Of a DNA stretch of 42,854 bases, positions 39,721 through 42,854 are shown piece after piece; position 1 is the first letter of the stretch, and each line of letters begins with the position of its first letter. Source of the stretch: Gemmatimonadota bacterium (lineage in GTDB: Bacteria > Gemmatimonadota > Gemmatimonadetes > Gemmatimonadales > GWC2-71-9); the NCBI GenBank assembly GCA_036679605.1, contig JAZDCZ010000157.1:1-42854 (forward strand). The letters are read 5' to 3'. The position numbers and the translations under genes are program-made. Under the pieces are notes generated by a model. It searched no databases. It was not told the origin of the DNA and worked only from the letters and a program-made list of their open reading frames with translations.

Positions 39721-39948
39721 GCGGAGGCAATAGGGCTGGGTACGCCACCTCGGGCACCCCCTGACGGCAACGGATCGATGACGTATCCGTCCGGCGCGGC
39801 GCGGCGCGAACTGATGAATGCGTTGGAGGAAAACGATTGGCATGCTGCACGCACCGCCACGGCGCTGGGGATCGGACGCTCGACATTGTTCCGGCGCTTG
39901 AAAATGTTGCGGATTTCGCTTCGCGAGAGGTCGGCGGAGTCCCACTAG
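39721..39948 (+). pseudogene. C-terminal Fis-type HTH remnant of a second sigma54 activator (possible mini-ORF from ATG 39778)
   Basis: RRELMNALEENDWHAARTATALGIGRSTLFRRLKMLRI; no AAA+ domain upstream. Confidence 0.7.
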
Positions 39949-39979
39949 TCTCGGTACCGTACCGGGACTAGTGGGACTC
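39937..39979. promoter_or_regulatory. 43-bp near-perfect palindrome, candidate upstream activator sequence 2
   Basis: GAGTCCCACTAGTC-TCGGTAC-C-GTACCGG-GACTAGTGGGACTC; 21-bp arms with one mismatch and no U-tract. Confidence 0.6.
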
Positions 39980-40051
39980 TCGGGGCGTGAATTTGCCGGT
40001 CTCGATATCGTAAGTTCTTACGATTCAATTACATCGCTATTAGGTCTCGTA

Positions 40052-40067
40052 CGGCATACGGTTTGCC
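40052..40067 (+). promoter_or_regulatory. Sigma54 (-24/-12) promoter 2
   Basis: cGGCATacggtTTGCc: GG-N10-GC close to TGGCAC-N5-TTGC, about 50 nt upstream of the RHS ATG. Confidence 0.75.
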
Positions 40068-40115
40068 TTTTAGGTATGCGACTCAGGTGCACATCACCCT
40101 CCCGAGGAGCATACC

Positions 40116-42854
40116 ATGTGGCGCAATTGTCGTGCGAGCTTTGTTATCCTAGCGGTCTCTTTTCTGTTCTTTCCCGGTGCTGTAACTGCGCAGGGTGGCC
40201 GAGGTGGTGGTGGCGACGGGTCGGTGTCGGTGACGCCCGACGGCGGCAGCGCTTCGGCACAGGCCAATTCCTCAGGTAACACGGTTGTATTCAGTGTGAA
40301 GAATACGGGACCGGACGGTCAGTGGTTCGACCTGAGCTGCAGTCGAACAGGCTCGGTGAGCACGTGCTCGCCGTCTCCGGACCTGGCTTTCATCGGTGGA
40401 GGGGCCACCACAAACGTGACTGTCACCTACTCGACGGGAGCGGCGGGCTCGGGGACGATCACGTTGGACGCGTTTGGGCTGGACTTCGGCGGGTTTGACT
40501 CGGGGTCGTTCAACGTTACGGTGACGGGTGCCGGTGTGGCGGTTACGCCTGACGCGGGTACCACGGCGAACCGCGATCCCTGGACAGGCGGTCACAGCGC
40601 CGACTTCACGGTTAAGAACGAGGGTAGCACTTCTGCCACATTCGACATCAGTTGTACTGGTTCTACGAACGTAAGCTGCACGGGGACGAGTGCCACGAGC
40701 GTTACGCTGGGTGCCGGCGCCTCGACCACGGTTAGCGCCTACCATGCGGTAACGACGGTGGGTACCGGTACGTTGACGCTCACGGCGTCGGACGCGCAGG
40801 TGAACGACGACGGCAGTTACAATGTGCCGGTGGGCGCCAAGTACGGTGTGGTGGTGGGGCTTAAAGGCCGCAGCACGGTGGTGGCGGCAAGCGGATCTCA
40901 GAGTGAGAGCTTCAGAGTCAAGAACACGGGGAACACGAGTGCGATATATAATTTGACGGCGGTCTGTTCGGGCTCGTCGACATCGTGTGGGGTTACGCCT
41001 ACGTCGGTAACGCTGGAAGCGGGGGTCTCACGTAGGCTGAGCCTGACGTATACCTCGGGTGGCGGAGGCACAAGCGGTACGGTAAAGCTGAGGGCGGTGC
41101 GGAGCGGTGACACGGGGATGAAGGACTCGGCCACGGTGAGTGTGACGGTGGCGGGCCCGAGTGCTCCATTGGTGTCGCTGGCGGACGTTAACCCGGGTAG
41201 CAGCGTGGAGCGGAGCGCGTGTCTCAGGATCGGGATTCCGGGCGGAAGCTACGAGTGCGGTGACTTGAGGCTGGGTCATGCCGTGGGGTCGATCCAGACG
41301 CTCGGCAGGGGCCGGACCCCGATTTTGACTTACAATAGCCAGCAGGCCTATCCCGACAAACAGATTGTGGCGGCCAACGTGACTCGGCCCTCAGCGGCGG
41401 GTGTGCCGGACAGCGTAACGGCGAAGCTCACGATAAACAGCGCGGAGCGAGCGAGCGGCAAGTGGTCGGGGAGCGAATGGGGGTCAGGTCAGACGCGGCG
41501 CATAGCGGTGGCAGTAAACGCACTGGGCGACGGGACGGGTCTGTACAGCTATTCTCTGGAGGTGGCGAGCTGGTATGGCGGCTCGCGGTACCCCACTACG
41601 GTGACGGGTGAGTACGTGCTGGTCAACCGCAGCGGCAGCCCGTTTGGCGCCGGGTGGTGGTTAGCGGGTCTGGAGCAGATGTGGAACCTGGGTGATGGGA
41701 GCAAGCTGTGGGTCGGAGGCGACGGCAGCACGCGGCATTACAAGCTGGTAACGACCAACGTGTGGGCGGCCGAGAGCCCGGTTCGGCCCGATACACTCAA
41801 GTGGGACGGTACCAACTATGTGCGCTACCTGCCGGGCGGTCTCAAAGTCAAGTTCAACTCTTCGGGCCAGCATGTGGTGACCGAGAACAGGCTGGGCCAC
41901 AAGACCAACTTCTCATATAGTGGCAGCAACTTGAGCACAGTGACTTTGCCGTCAGAGGGAGGGAGCCAGACATACCAATTCCATTACCCGAGCGGCAAGC
42001 TCGACTCGGTGGTGGCGCCCCAGTTGGGTAGCACCCGTCGGGTCACAAAGATCAGCGAGAGCGGTGGCCTCGTGACCCAGATCGTCGATCCCGACAACCG
42101 ATCGGTCAGCTTTGGCTATAGCGGCAACCGGATTGTGAGTCGTACGGACAGGCGCGGTACGGTGGTGACTTACGGGTACGATGCTGCGGCCAAGCTGTGG
42201 CGTGCGCACTTGAACTTGAGTCCGGACTCGATCAGGCTGGGATTCACTGACATTTCGCGGCTGGGCTTGCCGGCCTACGGGTCGACGGACACGGCCAATG
42301 CCTACACTCTGGTGAACTGGCCGCGGGTTTACACCACGGGCGGCGACTACAGCAATCAGTTCTCGCGCTTCTGGCACGACCGCTTCGGTGCACCGCGGAA
42401 GATCCGCGCACCTGATGGGAACCTGACCTACATAACCCGTGGTGACGCCGAGTACGAGGGCCTGGTGACTCATGTAAAGAGTCCCAACGGTTTGGTGCAG
42501 CACGCGGGCTACGATGCCCGCGGTAACATCCTGGTGAGCACCGATTCGAGTACCAACGCTACGACGCGGTACACGTGGGATTCTACCTGGGATTTCTCGA
42601 CCTCGGTGATACCTCCCGAGGGCGACCGTGTAGACATGGCGTATAGCGCGACCAACGGGAACCGGTTGTGGCAGGACGATGGCCGGGGCCAGACGAGCCG
42701 TGTGACGTTCAGCTACTGGGGTACGGGAAACAAGGCGGGGCTGTTGCGCTACTTGGACGGGCCGTTGACTCCTGCATCGGAGATCGACTACGACACGATG
42801 GGCAACGTGAAGACGAGCAAGACGCCCTCGGGCTTCACGACCACGTTCCACAAG
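40116..42854 (+). CDS. Large secreted Ig-like-domain plus YD/RHS-repeat protein, 5' part (913 codons in window; runs off right edge; not in ORF track)
   Basis: GAGGAG RBS; ATG 40116; no stop to the window end. Signal peptide MWRNCRASFVILAVSFLFFPGAVTA; three 'FxVKNxG' Ig-like repeats; SPFGAGWWLAGLE; YD repeats (RTDRRGTVVTYGYDAA, GYDARGN, IDYDTMGNV). Confidence 0.92.
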   Translation, partial: MWRNCRASFVILAVSFLFFPGAVTAQGGRGGGGDGSVSVTPDGGSASAQANSSGNTVVFSVKNTGPDGQWFDLSCSRTGSVSTCSPSPDLAFIGGGATTNVTVTYSTGAAGSGTITLDAFGLDFGGFDSGSFNVTVTGAGVAVTPDAGTTANRDPWTGGHSADFTVKNEGSTSATFDISCTGSTNVSCTGTSATSVTLGAGASTTVSAYHAVTTVGTGTLTLTASDAQVNDDGSYNVPVGAKYGVVVGLKGRSTVVAASGSQSESFRVKNTGNTSAIYNLTAVCSGSSTSCGVTPTSVTLEAGVSRRLSLTYTSGGGGTSGTVKLRAVRSGDTGMKDSATVSVTVAGPSAPLVSLADVNPGSSVERSACLRIGIPGGSYECGDLRLGHAVGSIQTLGRGRTPILTYNSQQAYPDKQIVAANVTRPSAAGVPDSVTAKLTINSAERASGKWSGSEWGSGQTRRIAVAVNALGDGTGLYSYSLEVASWYGGSRYPTTVTGEYVLVNRSGSPFGAGWWLAGLEQMWNLGDGSKLWVGGDGSTRHYKLVTTNVWAAESPVRPDTLKWDGTNYVRYLPGGLKVKFNSSGQHVVTENRLGHKTNFSYSGSNLSTVTLPSEGGSQTYQFHYPSGKLDSVVAPQLGSTRRVTKISESGGLVTQIVDPDNRSVSFGYSGNRIVSRTDRRGTVVTYGYDAAAKLWRAHLNLSPDSIRLGFTDISRLGLPAYGSTDTANAYTLVNWPRVYTTGGDYSNQFSRFWHDRFGAPRKIRAPDGNLTYITRGDAEYEGLVTHVKSPNGLVQHAGYDARGNILVSTDSSTNATTRYTWDSTWDFSTSVIPPEGDRVDMAYSATNGNRLWQDDGRGQTSRVTFSYWGTGNKAGLLRYLDGPLTPASEIDYDTMGNVKTSKTPSGFTTTFHK

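Larger units (their letters stand above)
37701..42854. mobile_element. Probable degraded genomic island downstream of selC (right end outside the window)
   Basis: Housekeeping synteny stops at the tRNA 3' end and is followed by short direct repeats, gene remnants and an RHS gene. No integrase seen in the window. Confidence 0.55.

Noticed and set aside
40272..42851. Minus-strand ORFs in the track (e.g. 41952-42851, 299 aa)
   Set aside because: Antisense shadows of the long plus-strand RHS frame starting at 40116.

Overview
A mostly housekeeping stretch of a GC-rich diderm bacterium; gene content and order suggest Gemmatimonadota, which is an inference. Genes in order: a partial amidohydrolase, moaD-moaE-trmL-mdh, queD, a beta-barrel/NlpC-P60 fusion, an AhpD-like peroxidase with an in-frame UGA (CxxU) followed by a SECIS-like hairpin (probable selenoprotein), an RCC1-repeat lipoprotein, CIRCE-controlled groES-groEL, a HEAT-repeat/HD-GYP pair sharing an N-terminal 'YPEGH' domain, an MBL/GlmU-like/manC/roadblock cluster, serS-kinase-pcrA, an Asp-type murA, pgeF, and rimP-nusA-L7Ae-infB-DUF503-rbfA-truB-ribF-secD-secF-tatD-fhs-ridA ending in tRNA-Sec (selC). 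Right after selC the content changes to an accessory island. It holds two tandem modules of 'sigma54 activator gene, palindrome overlapping its stop codon, -24/-12 promoter, target'. The first drives spliced remnants of T2SS genes (gspE, gspD). The second drives a large signal-peptide, triple-Ig-like, YD/RHS-repeat protein that runs off the window and is missing from the ORF track. All calls come from reading motifs by eye; no database searches were run.
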